Part shown: one piece after another, positions 26,874 to 36,777 of the stretch | How positions within the stretch are numbered: the stretch's first letter is position 1 | Layout: each line of letters begins with the position of its first letter | Virus record (IMG/VR): IMGVR_UViG_3300036803_000040 | Coordinates: 11,615-75,614 of that record | Source: a virus | Lineage: Duplodnaviria > Caudoviricetes | Reading direction: 5' to 3' (one strand) | DNA length: 64,000 nucleotides | The notes under the pieces: model-generated | What the model was told of the DNA's origin: nothing | Databases searched by the model: none | Seen by the model: only the letters and a program-made list of their open reading frames with translations | Translations under genes and position numbers: made by a program

Positions 26874-28167
26874 GGCTGCGCCCCTTCAATTTCGGCCGGG
26901 GACGCGTGACCCGCTTGGCGCGGCGCTTCGCCGCGGCCTTCCGAGCTCGCGTCTTCGGGTTGCGTGACGACGAGAACGACTTGAGGCCCGCCCCGATGTA
27001 CGGGTCGGTGGCCGTGAAATCCCACTGCGTCTGATAGACGCCCGCCTGGACGGTGTGCACCGCCCGCGTGCAGAACACGAACGAGTCAGAGCCCTTATAG
27101 CCCTCCGCCGGCAGCTCGAGCTCGATCCCGTCGCCGCGCAGGATGAACGGGATCCCCTGATGCGTGATCGAGATCGTGTCGTTGAGCCGCAGCCGCTTCG
27201 CGAGCTCGCGCTGCACCAGCCCCCGCAGCTCCGCGTGCGAGCTCACCCGGCCGAAATTGTGCGTGTCGTGCACGTAGCCGAGCAGCTTCACGACCGACCG
27301 GTCATAGTCGGTGTATGAGATCCCGCGGGTGCCGTGGCCGTGGCCGAGCCGCCCGTGGCCGGTGAGCACCGTCGTCGGCACCTTCTGGCCGGTCTTCTGC
27401 GCCAGCGCCGCCGTCTGGATCTGCGGGCCGATCAGGTAGATCATCGGGTTGCGCGCCAGCGGGACGATCTCGAGCTCGCCGTTGCGCATCCGGATGATGA
27501 ACGCCCGGCCGCTCTTGGCCTTTTCCTTCTGATAGGCATGCTTGAGCACCGCCAGGCCGGTCACCCCCTTGAGCTTGAGCTCAAACCGGGTCGTGCCCTT
27601 CGCGGCGAGCCGGATCTTGATCCCGAGCGTGCGCCCGACGATCGCCGCCACCTCATTGCACGTGTACCCATACGGCCGGTGCTTGGTCTTGCGAAACCAC
27701 CAGTCGCGGCTGCCGCTGTCCAGCAGCGCCATGTCGTCCTGCAGCGTCAAGGTCACCTGGCCCGTCTCGAGCTCCACCTGCGGCGCGGTGCTGCGCATCG
27801 TCCACAGCTGATAGGTGCCCTCCTCCCACTTCACGCGGCAGCGGACGAGCTGGCCGCGGGAGATCGGCAGCGTCCGCGGATCCTGACTCTCGGGCCGGTA
27901 GGCCGTCAGGCTGCCGACCATCGTCGACTGCTGATCGGTCCACGTCAGCGTGTCGACCATCCGATCGATCGGCAGCGGCGGCTGCTTAGGCCGCAGCACA
28001 TCGAGCATGAACTGAAAGTCGCCCGGCGTGACGGATGGCTGCTTGTAGCGATAGAAGTGCGAAAGGTTCGGCGTGCGAGCTTTCGCGACCGGCGTTGAGC
28101 GCTGCTGCTCCCGGCCCGTCGTCTTGCGCTTTGGCGCGACCAGCGACGCGCCGCCCGAGCTCGACAT
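26866..28167 (-). CDS. Baseplate hub protein (XkdQ/gpD-like)
   Basis: Position after the LysM gene; C-terminal ILRGDGIELE...FCTRAVH. Confidence 0.75.
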   Translation of the reverse strand: MSSSGGASLVAPKRKTTGREQQRSTPVAKARTPNLSHFYRYKQPSVTPGDFQFMLDVLRPKQPPLPIDRMVDTLTWTDQQSTMVGSLTAYRPESQDPRTLPISRGQLVRCRVKWEEGTYQLWTMRSTAPQVELETGQVTLTLQDDMALLDSGSRDWWFRKTKHRPYGYTCNEVAAIVGRTLGIKIRLAAKGTTRFELKLKGVTGLAVLKHAYQKEKAKSGRAFIIRMRNGELEIVPLARNPMIYLIGPQIQTAALAQKTGQKVPTTVLTGHGRLGHGHGTRGISYTDYDRSVVKLLGYVHDTHNFGRVSSHAELRGLVQRELAKRLRLNDTISITHQGIPFILRGDGIELELPAEGYKGSDSFVFCTRAVHTVQAGVYQTQWDFTATDPYIGAGLKSFSSSRNPKTRARKAAAKRRAKRVTRPRPKLKGRSHP

Positions 28168-28997
28168 CAGGCGCCCTGCCCGCCGTTGAGCCCGAGCAGC
28201 TGCGGCCGTGGCGCCAGCCCGACCTGCACGTTCGGGATCTTGATCTTGTAGCCCACCTTGAAACGCCCCGGCAGCTTGACCAGCGGCGTCTTCTGCCCGA
28301 ACCGCTTGCTGATCCCGTTCGCATCCCGAATCTCGCGCCAGAACGCATAGCTGCCGTAATACTCAAAGCTCAGCGACGAGAGCGTGTCGGTCGCCTTCAG
28401 CGCGTGCGTTGTCGGCAGCGTGACCCCGTGCTTGCGTGACGTCGAGCTGCGCCGAGCCGTCCGCGGGTCGCGCCACTCACTGATCGAGATCGTCACGTAC
28501 CGCGTCTCGAGCTCGCCGTTGCGCACGTCGGTGGAGACATCCCGAAACGTGCACTGCATGTCGAGCTCCGACGTCGCCTGATGGCGCGACGGGTTGAAGA
28601 ACACCATCAGATGCACAGCCTTTTTGAAGCGCAGGATCTCCGAGATCCGCCGGCGAATCTCCTGCGGATCCTGGCCGGTGGCCACCAGCCACGGCGCATC
28701 GAAGTCGACGATGATCGCGCTCGGCGTCACCGTCCGCAGCTGCCGCGCGTTCTGATCGCCCATCGCCGGCTGTGAGAAGTGCCCGCCCGAGAGCGTGTCG
28801 TACTCGTTATGCAGCGCCGTCTCGTCGACGGTGAACGGGTCAAGCATCGCCGGCAGATAGATGTTGCGGTCAAGCGCACCCTTCGGTGTCACACCCTTGA
28901 TCGGCGCGAACCTGGCGACGAGGCCCTCCCCCGTCATCCGGGCCCGGCTCGCCGGCTTGCTGGCCGGCACCAGCGACGCTCCGCCCGAGACGCTCAT
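28167..28997 (-). CDS. LysM-containing tail tube initiator (XkdP-like)
   Basis: DTLSSLSFEYYGSYAFWREIRDANGI. Confidence 0.75.
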   Translation of the reverse strand: MSVSGGASLVPASKPASRARMTGEGLVARFAPIKGVTPKGALDRNIYLPAMLDPFTVDETALHNEYDTLSGGHFSQPAMGDQNARQLRTVTPSAIIVDFDAPWLVATGQDPQEIRRRISEILRFKKAVHLMVFFNPSRHQATSELDMQCTFRDVSTDVRNGELETRYVTISISEWRDPRTARRSSTSRKHGVTLPTTHALKATDTLSSLSFEYYGSYAFWREIRDANGISKRFGQKTPLVKLPGRFKVGYKIKIPNVQVGLAPRPQLLGLNGGQGA

Positions 28998-31900
28998 CCC
29001 TCAGCCCCCGCCAGGCTCGCGTCAGTCGCGCCGGATGTCCGGTCGATCGCGTCGAGGATCTTGCCGGCGACGTCGTTCGCGACCGCCTCGAGCTGATTCT
29101 TGTCGCCGCCGTAGAACGTCACGCCGTTCATTGTGATCTGAATCGACCGGCCACCCGCGCCGCCGTGGCCGATCGTGACTGTCTCGCGGCCCTTCTCGCC
29201 GGCGCCGAACAGTGTCGGGCCCATCGTCGTGAACGTGCCGCCCTTGGCGTTCCACCCCGCCCAATTGACGCGCCCGCCGGTGCTGTACCAGTTGTTTGCC
29301 CGCTCGTGCGCCTCAGCGGCCGCGGGTGAGCCGTAGCGGCCCCGGATGTAGTTCAGGCCCCACGCGATCTGCGCCGGCGCGTCGCCCATGTTGTACGGGT
29401 GGCCGTGACCGAGCGCCTGCGGGATCCCGTAGGCCCCCGAGCTCGAATTGAGCGCGTTGGCGTTCCAACCGGACTCCTGCGTCCAGAGCGCCTGCAGCGC
29501 CGGCCACTGATCCATCCCCCAGCCCGCGGAGAGCATCATCCGCCGGCCGAGCGTCTGATTGGCCTGATTGCTGCCGCCGCCGTGGAAGCCGGCGCTGCTG
29601 ATCGCCGACGAGCCCGTCAGCGCGTTGAGCCTGGACGACATGCCCGCCGCGTACATCACGCCGGCCTGATGCGCCATCGCGCCGGGGACGCCGCCCATGC
29701 CCACGCCCGGAGCTCGCAGAGAGATCGACGACGGGACCACGCCGCCGGCGCCGCCGGGCCCGGCGCCGACCGCGCCCAGACTGTTGCCGGCGACCGCCAT
29801 GTGAATGTGATTGAGATGCTGCGCCCACGTGGCCGCGCCCCAATAGCTCGACGGGACACCCTTGCCGAACTTGACCGACAGGTTCGGGTTGTGGATCCCC
29901 TCGGTCAGCGACCGGGCCAGCCCGCTCGAGCCGATCCACGACGCGGCGCGCAGCATCGTCGCCGAGTCGCCGGCGATGTCCGCCGCCTCGCCGAGATAGT
30001 GGTAGCTGCCGTCGGCGTGACCGCCGCGTGTCGTCGAGGTGATCGACAGCGGGAACCGGTTGAGCACCTGCTGCACCGCGGCGGCGATCCCCGCGTGCAG
30101 CTCCGGGTGCGCCGCGGTGACGCTCGCCCCGCCGCCCGACATGGCGCCACCGAGCGAATAGCGCGGCGGCGCTGAGTGCGGCCGGCCCTCGTCGCGGATC
30201 ATCTGCCACGCCGTCTTGCCGAACTTCGCCATCGTCGCCGACGTCAGATCGTTCATCGTGTGCCGGTTGGCGATGTACGCCTCACCGGGCGCCGCCATAC
30301 CACCCGGCACCGGCACCGTATCCAGCAGGCCCGTCCCCGTGATCATGCCGCCGCGCTCATGCTTGGGCAGCCCCGCCGGCGCCTTCGTCGACAGCGGCGA
30401 CACAGCCTTGCCGGTGGCCTGCAGGGTCATCACCGACGCGCCGGCGTTCGCCGCGGCCTGGCCACCCTGCGCCGTCTGCGTGACGATCTGGCGCGCCTGC
30501 GACCGGGAGAAACCCATCTGAGTCAGCGCGTCGATCGCCTCGCGCTGAATCGTCCCCCAGATCCCCGACAGCTTCTCCTGCGCCACCAGCGCCGGGTTCA
30601 CCATCGAATCCTTGATCTTGCCCCACGTCGTCTGCGAGCCGGTGAGGATCTGACCGTTGAAGTAGAACACCCGGTCGGTGAGATCCTTGAAATTGCCCAG
30701 CACGTTGTCGTGCAGGTTGTTTATGTCCTTCGTGATCCCGGCCATCAGCCGCTCGAGCGGCCGGCGCATCTTGGGATCCTCCGCCGACATCTGCCCCGCC
30801 CACGTCGCCATGTCGGAGGCGAAGCTCTTAGCGCCCGCCGGCCCGAGCTGCGTGATCTGCGAGCCCATCCCCTTGAGCATCGTGTTGACGGCCTTATTCG
30901 GCCCGACACCCCGGCTGATGCCGCGGGTAAACGCCGTCTCCCACGTGTTCGACGCGTAGCCGCCGGCGTTCGCGGCGCCGACCGACAGTGCGTGCTGCAT
31001 GAACGCGTTGACCTTCGCCTGATCGGCCGGTGACATCTCAAGGATCGAGCCGGGCACCTCGATGCGGCCCTGCAGCGCGTGCAGCTGCCCCGGCGTGCGC
31101 ACGGCGCCGGCCTGCGCGGCGATCGCGCGCATCTGCGGGCTCGAGATATTCGCGCCGGCGTTATCGGTCCCGAACGCCGCGTGCAGGATCCCGCTGAACG
31201 TCTGCGGGGAGACAGCCCCGAGCGTCAGCGTGCTCGCCGCCGTCGACACGCCCGTGTTGATCGAGTGCGCCACCCCGCCGCCCGACTGCACGCCGGCCAG
31301 GATCCCCTGAATCGCCGCGAGCGGCAGCAGGATCCGCGCCGCACCACCAGCCGCACCGCGAGCCGCACTGCCCGCCTGGCCCAGCCGCCCGACGATCCCG
31401 CCACGCTCAGCCATCGGCACCACGCCCGAGCTGACCGGCATCGCATACCGTGCGCCCTCGACCCCCCCGTAAGCCTGATTGAACGCCACCTCGCCGCGAG
31501 CAGCGCCGATCCCGAGCCGGTCCGCCGTGCTCGAGCGCAGCAGCATCCCACCACCGGCCGCGAGCATCAGCCCGTTCGCCCCCGCCGAGCTCGCCCCCGG
31601 CATCAGGTAAGAGCTGCCGCCGGCCAGCGCCCGCTGTTCAGCTGCGCTCGCGCCGACCACCATGCCACCGCCGGCGCGGGCCCCCCCACCGCGCAGGAAC
31701 CCCGGCCCTCCCGTGATGAACGTGCCCGCCAGGCCGGCCGCGGACGGTCCACCCCCACCCAGCGCCCCCCGCGCACCCTCATAGCCGCCATACAGCAGCG
31801 CGGCGCCGCTCAGCAGGCTCCCTCCGCCCAACCCAGACGCGAACTGCATGAACTGCTCGGCGCGGCTGAGCAGCGGCGTGACCGACTGCACGATCTGCCA

Positions 31901-33286
31901 GATGTCCTTGACGAGATTGCCGATGACCGTCGCGATCCGCGAGATCCCCTGCTCGCTGTCGCGGAAGAACTGACGCACCTTGTCGGGGTTATTCCGGATC
32001 CACTGATCCCACGTCTTGATCGACTCGTCCAGCTGCGTCACCAGCGAATTGCCCGGCGTGACCGCCGGCGCGAAGATGTCCTTCAGCAGCCCCGCGGTGT
32101 CGCCCGTCAACCGCGCCCAATCCTTCGCGGACGTCACCAGCCCGCCCATCGTGCTCTGCACCTTCGCCGTGTTGCCGGTGCTCACCGCCATCCCCGCGGT
32201 CCACTGCTGCACCCACACGTTCGCCTCATGGAAAAACGGCTGCGCGGCCACCGACAGGTTCAGGAAGATCCGGGTGATGTTCTGCAGCGACTTCTCGACC
32301 GTCGGGAGCTCGGCGCTGAACGATTGCGTCAACGTCCCGACCTGACTCAACGGCGACGGCATGCCCGGCGTGGCGTGATGCCCCGGATCGGTCAGGAAAC
32401 TTAGGTACTGATTCGCGGCGCCCATCGTCGCCGTGACCGCCGTGCGCGCCATCGGCGCTACCTGCGGGACCGCACGCGTCGCCGTGTAGGCCAGGTTCGA
32501 CACGCCGCCATAGAACGCCGACTGCGCCGGCCTGATCGCGCCGGCATACGTGTTGACGAGCTGCTGCCCCTGCCGAGCGACCGGCGCCAGCAACGGCTGA
32601 TTGGCGATCAGCGCGTTGATCTTCGCCTGCCCCGCCTGCGCCTGGCGCGACTGCGCCCCGTAGCGCAACACGACCTGCTGCTGCGCATCCATCGCCGCCG
32701 TCATCTGCGTGATGTTCTGGATCGCCGGCTTGGCCACCAGGCCGGTCAGCGCACCGCCAGCGCCCAGAGCGCCCATCGCCCCGATGCCCACCGTGCCGGC
32801 ACCCAGCACAGCCGAGCCCGCCGAGCCGACCAGCGCACCCGCACCACCGAGCAGCTGCGGGCCCAGCCCCACCGCCGGCGCCAGCCACCACGGAACCGCC
32901 CCACCGATCCCGCCCGGTGTCGAGAACGTCCGGCCGACCGTCGGCGTGCTCCCACCCCCACCACCACCACCGGTCATGTCAGAGAAGATCCCGCCGGCCA
33001 TCGCCCGGTCAGCCCCGCTCGAGCGGATGTTCACGCGTGCCGTGGAGCTCTTCGCTCCGATCCGGTCAAGCCGCGCCTCGATCTCGGTCAGCTGCGCGTT
33101 GACCCGATCAAAGCCCGTCAGCTCGATCCGTGGCGTGACGCGCTTCACCCCGAGCTCATCCATGCGCCGGCCGAGAGACGCCAGCGCAGCATCCGCCTCT
33201 CGGCCACGATCCCGAATGTCAGTCAGCGACCGGAGCGCCTGCTCCGAGCTCAGCTCAAATCCGCCGCGGACGGTCCCGTCAGCCAC
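28994..33286 (-). CDS. Tape measure protein with M15-like and SLT domains
   Basis: 1430 aa, Ala/Gly-rich; ITSTTRGGHADGSYHYLGEAAD...HLNHIH; ESGWNANA..SSGAYGIPQA...GLNYIRGRYG. Confidence 0.9.
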   Translation of the reverse strand: MADGTVRGGFELSSEQALRSLTDIRDRGREADAALASLGRRMDELGVKRVTPRIELTGFDRVNAQLTEIEARLDRIGAKSSTARVNIRSSGADRAMAGGIFSDMTGGGGGGGSTPTVGRTFSTPGGIGGAVPWWLAPAVGLGPQLLGGAGALVGSAGSAVLGAGTVGIGAMGALGAGGALTGLVAKPAIQNITQMTAAMDAQQQVVLRYGAQSRQAQAGQAKINALIANQPLLAPVARQGQQLVNTYAGAIRPAQSAFYGGVSNLAYTATRAVPQVAPMARTAVTATMGAANQYLSFLTDPGHHATPGMPSPLSQVGTLTQSFSAELPTVEKSLQNITRIFLNLSVAAQPFFHEANVWVQQWTAGMAVSTGNTAKVQSTMGGLVTSAKDWARLTGDTAGLLKDIFAPAVTPGNSLVTQLDESIKTWDQWIRNNPDKVRQFFRDSEQGISRIATVIGNLVKDIWQIVQSVTPLLSRAEQFMQFASGLGGGSLLSGAALLYGGYEGARGALGGGGPSAAGLAGTFITGGPGFLRGGGARAGGGMVVGASAAEQRALAGGSSYLMPGASSAGANGLMLAAGGGMLLRSSTADRLGIGAARGEVAFNQAYGGVEGARYAMPVSSGVVPMAERGGIVGRLGQAGSAARGAAGGAARILLPLAAIQGILAGVQSGGGVAHSINTGVSTAASTLTLGAVSPQTFSGILHAAFGTDNAGANISSPQMRAIAAQAGAVRTPGQLHALQGRIEVPGSILEMSPADQAKVNAFMQHALSVGAANAGGYASNTWETAFTRGISRGVGPNKAVNTMLKGMGSQITQLGPAGAKSFASDMATWAGQMSAEDPKMRRPLERLMAGITKDINNLHDNVLGNFKDLTDRVFYFNGQILTGSQTTWGKIKDSMVNPALVAQEKLSGIWGTIQREAIDALTQMGFSRSQARQIVTQTAQGGQAAANAGASVMTLQATGKAVSPLSTKAPAGLPKHERGGMITGTGLLDTVPVPGGMAAPGEAYIANRHTMNDLTSATMAKFGKTAWQMIRDEGRPHSAPPRYSLGGAMSGGGASVTAAHPELHAGIAAAVQQVLNRFPLSITSTTRGGHADGSYHYLGEAADIAGDSATMLRAASWIGSSGLARSLTEGIHNPNLSVKFGKGVPSSYWGAATWAQHLNHIHMAVAGNSLGAVGAGPGGAGGVVPSSISLRAPGVGMGGVPGAMAHQAGVMYAAGMSSRLNALTGSSAISSAGFHGGGSNQANQTLGRRMMLSAGWGMDQWPALQALWTQESGWNANALNSSSGAYGIPQALGHGHPYNMGDAPAQIAWGLNYIRGRYGSPAAAEAHERANNWYSTGGRVNWAGWNAKGGTFTTMGPTLFGAGEKGRETVTIGHGGAGGRSIQITMNGVTFYGGDKNQLEAVANDVAGKILDAIDRTSGATDASLAGAEG

Positions 33287-33289
33287 AGC

Positions 33290-33530
33290 TCACCCCGCCC
33301 TCTTGGCGGCGTCGGAAAGACCCTCGCTGAACCCCTCGACGATCGACATCAGATCGCGCTCGCGCTGGCCGGCGTGCATCGCGCAAGCAGTAAGGAACGC
33401 CTCCACCCTTGACGGCCACGGCTCGGGCGGAGGTGGCCCTCCGCCCCGCCGCCACACCGTCGCAGGATCGAGCCCTCGAAACCGCCACTGCGAATAGAGA
33501 GCCCACGCGTGCCCACCGGCCTGTATCAGC
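33290..33530 (-). CDS. Tail assembly chaperone frameshift extension (gpT-like part)
   Basis: -1 frame ORF LIQAGGHAWALYSQWRFRG...KRAG lacking its own start codon, between chaperone and tape measure. Confidence 0.6.
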
Positions 33531-34152
33531 CCAACGACGCCTCGACGAGCCGGCGCTGCGAAGTCCCGAGCCGCTGCGGGTCATACCCGCCCAGCCTCCG
33601 GATCTCCGCCGACACCAGCGTGAGCAGACCCTCCTGCCCCACGAACCGCCGCTCGAGCGCCGTCGCCGGCGATGCCAGCTTGACCGGCTCGATCTGATCC
33701 GTGTCACGGTTACGCATCCGTACCGTGCAGAACTCGTCGCTGCTGATCTTCGTCCGCCGGCCCGACGCGTCGGTCAGCTCGTCGCACGACTCAGCGATGA
33801 TCTCCGCATCCGCGGTGATCCGATCGATCCGACCCGTCGACTGCTGCACGTTACGCAGCTCGATCTGATCGATCTTGCGCGGGTCGATCCGCCGGGAGAT
33901 GAACGTCAACTTGACCATCCCCTTCGGCGTCTCGAACTCCACCGGGATCGTGTGCACGATCGGCGCCGGCGTACCCAGCAGCCAATCCAGCGCGGACTTC
34001 TCCTCCTCCGCGTTGAGCTCCGCACCCTGAGCAGCGTGCTCGAGCATCGTGCGGCCCTTCTCGCCCTGTCCGGCAGCCTCAGCCTTGCCGAACCGCGGAT
34101 CGTCCTTCTCAGACGCTCCTGCGTCCGTTCCCTGCGGCGCTCCTACTCCCAT
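33526..34152 (-). CDS. Tail assembly chaperone (gpG-like)
   Basis: Acidic protein between tube and tape measure. Confidence 0.75.
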   Translation of the reverse strand: MGVGAPQGTDAGASEKDDPRFGKAEAAGQGEKGRTMLEHAAQGAELNAEEEKSALDWLLGTPAPIVHTIPVEFETPKGMVKLTFISRRIDPRKIDQIELRNVQQSTGRIDRITADAEIIAESCDELTDASGRRTKISSDEFCTVRMRNRDTDQIEPVKLASPATALERRFVGQEGLLTLVSAEIRRLGGYDPQRLGTSQRRLVEASLG

Positions 34153-34429
34153 CGTGACCTCCCGGTCGATGATGTCCGGCGAGCTCGCGATCCGCCGGCG
34201 AACTCAGTCCGCCGTCGAAAGGGCCGAGCTCGGCCCGGTCTGTTTCCGCCGAGATCCGTTCGACCTCGACGCCGTACAACCTCAAGAGCCGGCTCAGCTC
34301 GCCGGCGGGCACCTGGCACTCCGCCGCGATCTCAGCCATCCGCTTCAGCAGCCCCTCACGCCCGTGCTGCGTCTTGCTGGCCGCGAACTGCTGCAGTTTC
34401 AGCCACGCTTGCTCGTAGTCACAGACCAC
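34109..34429 (-). CDS. Hypothetical protein
   Basis: 106-aa ORF fills the gap after the tube gene. Confidence 0.55.
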   Translation of the reverse strand: MVCDYEQAWLKLQQFAASKTQHGREGLLKRMAEIAAECQVPAGELSRLLRLYGVEVERISAETDRAELGPFDGGLSSPADRELAGHHRPGGHDGSRSAAGNGRRSV

Positions 34430-34433
34430 GAGC

Positions 34434-34943
34434 TCAGTCCTGCGTGACTGCGATCCCGCCGTCGACGTACTCGTAAGCGCTGAGCGGACGCTCCTGGCGG
34501 AAATTGAACGGGATCTGCCGAGTCAGCAGATCCACCGCCTGATCGTGCCCGCCGGCGTAGGTGAACAGCGTGCAGCCGTCGAGCTGCCACACCGTCGCCT
34601 GCGGCGCCCCGATGTCGTCGAGCTTGGTCTGAATCGAGAACTCCGGGAACGCGGCCGCGGCGCGATCGCCGTTGCGTCGAGCGACCACAAAGTTGTAGAC
34701 CTGCAGCGCCCAATGATCATCGATGTCCTGGATCATGAACGTGCCGACGCGCTCCTCGCCGCCGGGCTTCTGATCCGTCCGCCACGCGCCGGCGATGACC
34801 ACCGGGATCTGCGTGATGTTCACGTTCCAGTCGACCTGCACAACCTCGCCGCGCATCCGGCCGTCGATCCAGACGGTGCCGGCCTTGCCCGAACGCCGTG
34901 CGTAGCCGGGAAGGTTGGCGGTCGGTCCGGGATAAGTCGGCAT
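34434..34943 (-). CDS. Tail tube protein (XkdM-like)
   Basis: SGKAGTVWIDG...G.F...IPFNF; follows the sheath. Confidence 0.8.
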   Translation of the reverse strand: MPTYPGPTANLPGYARRSGKAGTVWIDGRMRGEVVQVDWNVNITQIPVVIAGAWRTDQKPGGEERVGTFMIQDIDDHWALQVYNFVVARRNGDRAAAAFPEFSIQTKLDDIGAPQATVWQLDGCTLFTYAGGHDQAVDLLTRQIPFNFRQERPLSAYEYVDGGIAVTQD

Positions 34944-36448
34944 CAGAGCACCGTTCCATTTCCGACGATGTAGTTGGCGGTCTTCGCGAACTGCCAGCCG
35001 AACGTGTACGGCACCGCATCCTCGAGGGTCGGGTCGCCCGGATCCTCACAGACAACCCACGGCTTCGGGATCGTGATGTCGTCACCCGGCAGGATCAGCC
35101 CGCGGGTGAGGAGATCGTCCTCGAGCGAGCGGGCCTTGCCGCGGACGAGGTTGCGCGTGTCGTCGTTGACGGGCAGATCCCCGATCACGGTGTCGTCGCC
35201 CCACGTCTTCATCGCCCGGACGTAGTTGTCCATGATGCCGATCAGCCGCGGGTCGCCGTAGACGTCCTGCGGCTTGGATTCGGTGTCGCCGATGTAGGTC
35301 GTGACGCCCTTCTCGATCCGCAGATCCGCGTCGGGCGAGCTCGTCGGCGCGAGCACCGTCACGCCGCCGTTGACCGCCGCCTGGATCTCATCGTCGGCGT
35401 TGCCGACAACGGCATGCAAGCCGCCGAGCTTCGCGAACGTGATCGCATGCTCCTCGCTCTTCGCGGCCAGGATCCCGGCCACACGCGGCGCGAGCTGCGA
35501 CGTCGAGAGATCCTTGTCGAGCAGATCGTCGTGGAACGTGCCCCCGCCAACATTGACGACGTGCTCATCGTTGAGCGTGGCGCTGCGAGTGATCGCATCG
35601 GCGACAGCCTCGCCGGCGGCACCGCCGACCACCAGCCGGCACGGCCGACTCGCCTGCGCCTGCGACTGCACCCACGAGAGGTAGGAGGCGAGGATCGGCG
35701 CGCTCGTCAGGTCATACGGGGAGATGATCCCGAACTGCTTGTACTCGATGCCGGCCAGCGCGGCGAGATGATCGGAGGAGACGACGGTGGACCCGTCATC
35801 GCCGCCGGTCAGCGAAACCGGGTTCGTGCTCTGCGTCAGCCGCAGCGCCGGCGCCGAATCGGCGACGAGCGCGTTGGCGGTGACCAGCGCCGACCGGCTG
35901 TTGATCGTCGCGACCAGCGCGGCAAGGTTCGGCGCCGTGTAGATGTATGTCTCCTGCAGCACGTTGTCGAGGTACAGCCGCAGCCGGTCGTTCGCGGAAT
36001 TGCTCGGATCGGCGTCCAGCGTGTAGGAGAACCGGTTGCCGCGCGAGCCGACGTACTTGCCGTCGAGCTCGAGCGTGGCCGCGCCGGCGCCCGTGGCGTG
36101 AATCTGGATCGTGGCCTTCGCGGCGCTCGCGCCGGCCATTCGGAAGGCAAGCACCGCGCCGGCGCCGGGGAATCCCGGAAGACCCTGGCCGGCGAACGCG
36201 CCGGCGACAGCTGTGCGCCCCGGCGTGTCGGAGTCGCCGTAGCGGCCGGTGAACTCCGAGAAACTCTGCACCAGCTGCGGACCGCCCTGCAGTCCGCCGG
36301 TGCCGCCGGGATCAGTGCCGACAGGGCCCCAATCGCTGACGAGCGGGATGGCCACCGTGTCAGCAGCAGCCGGAACGATCCGCGGCGCCCTGGCGCCGGT
36401 GAAGCGGATGACGGTGCCCGGCAGCGTCGGCTTGGAAATGGTGCTCAC
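34943..36448 (-). CDS. Tail sheath protein
   Basis: LPGTVIRF, IPLVSDWGP, RIEKGVTT, IMDN...IGDLPVNDDTR; 501 aa. Confidence 0.9.
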   Translation of the reverse strand: MSTISKPTLPGTVIRFTGARAPRIVPAAADTVAIPLVSDWGPVGTDPGGTGGLQGGPQLVQSFSEFTGRYGDSDTPGRTAVAGAFAGQGLPGFPGAGAVLAFRMAGASAAKATIQIHATGAGAATLELDGKYVGSRGNRFSYTLDADPSNSANDRLRLYLDNVLQETYIYTAPNLAALVATINSRSALVTANALVADSAPALRLTQSTNPVSLTGGDDGSTVVSSDHLAALAGIEYKQFGIISPYDLTSAPILASYLSWVQSQAQASRPCRLVVGGAAGEAVADAITRSATLNDEHVVNVGGGTFHDDLLDKDLSTSQLAPRVAGILAAKSEEHAITFAKLGGLHAVVGNADDEIQAAVNGGVTVLAPTSSPDADLRIEKGVTTYIGDTESKPQDVYGDPRLIGIMDNYVRAMKTWGDDTVIGDLPVNDDTRNLVRGKARSLEDDLLTRGLILPGDDITIPKPWVVCEDPGDPTLEDAVPYTFGWQFAKTANYIVGNGTVL

Positions 36449-36738
36449 GAGAGCCCCTCCCTCACGGAGAACTCGTCCAAGGCGCCCCGGACGTCATCCT
36501 CGGTGAGCGTCTCATCGTCGGCCTTGTCGTGCAGCGCGCCGGCGATCGCGTGCGGCGACACCCGGAAGATGCCCCGAGCTCGCTCAAGCCACTGGCCCTT
36601 TGTGAGCTGCGTCTCGTCGGCTGATGGCGCTGCCGGCGGCGGCGTCGTCTGCTGCGTGGTCGGCCGAGTCTCGGCGGACTTGGCGGTGTCGACCGACGCG
36701 GCCTTTCCGCCGGCCGGTTCTGAAGTCTCGTTTGCCAT
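36445..36738 (-). CDS. Small protein upstream of the sheath (YqzN/YkzM-like)
   Basis: WLERARGIFRVSPHAIAGAL...TEDDVRGALDEF. Confidence 0.6.
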   Translation of the reverse strand: MANETSEPAGGKAASVDTAKSAETRPTTQQTTPPPAAPSADETQLTKGQWLERARGIFRVSPHAIAGALHDKADDETLTEDDVRGALDEFSVREGLS

Positions 36739-36747
36739 CAGTCGGGG

Positions 36748-36777
36748 ATCGTAAATGCGATCCCGCGGCGATACCCC
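36748..36777 (-). promoter_or_regulatory. Late-type promoter GGGGTAT-N17-TACGAT
   Basis: 9 nt before ATG 36738, heading the sheath operon. Confidence 0.6.

Noticed and set aside
34898-36754. Long plus-strand ORFs (this 618-aa one; also 21453-22889, 31079-32404, 40446-41921, 41968-43227, 45377-46603, 58957-60384)
   Set aside because: They are antisense shadows of well-supported minus-strand genes, Arg-rich and without recognisable motifs, as expected in high-GC DNA.
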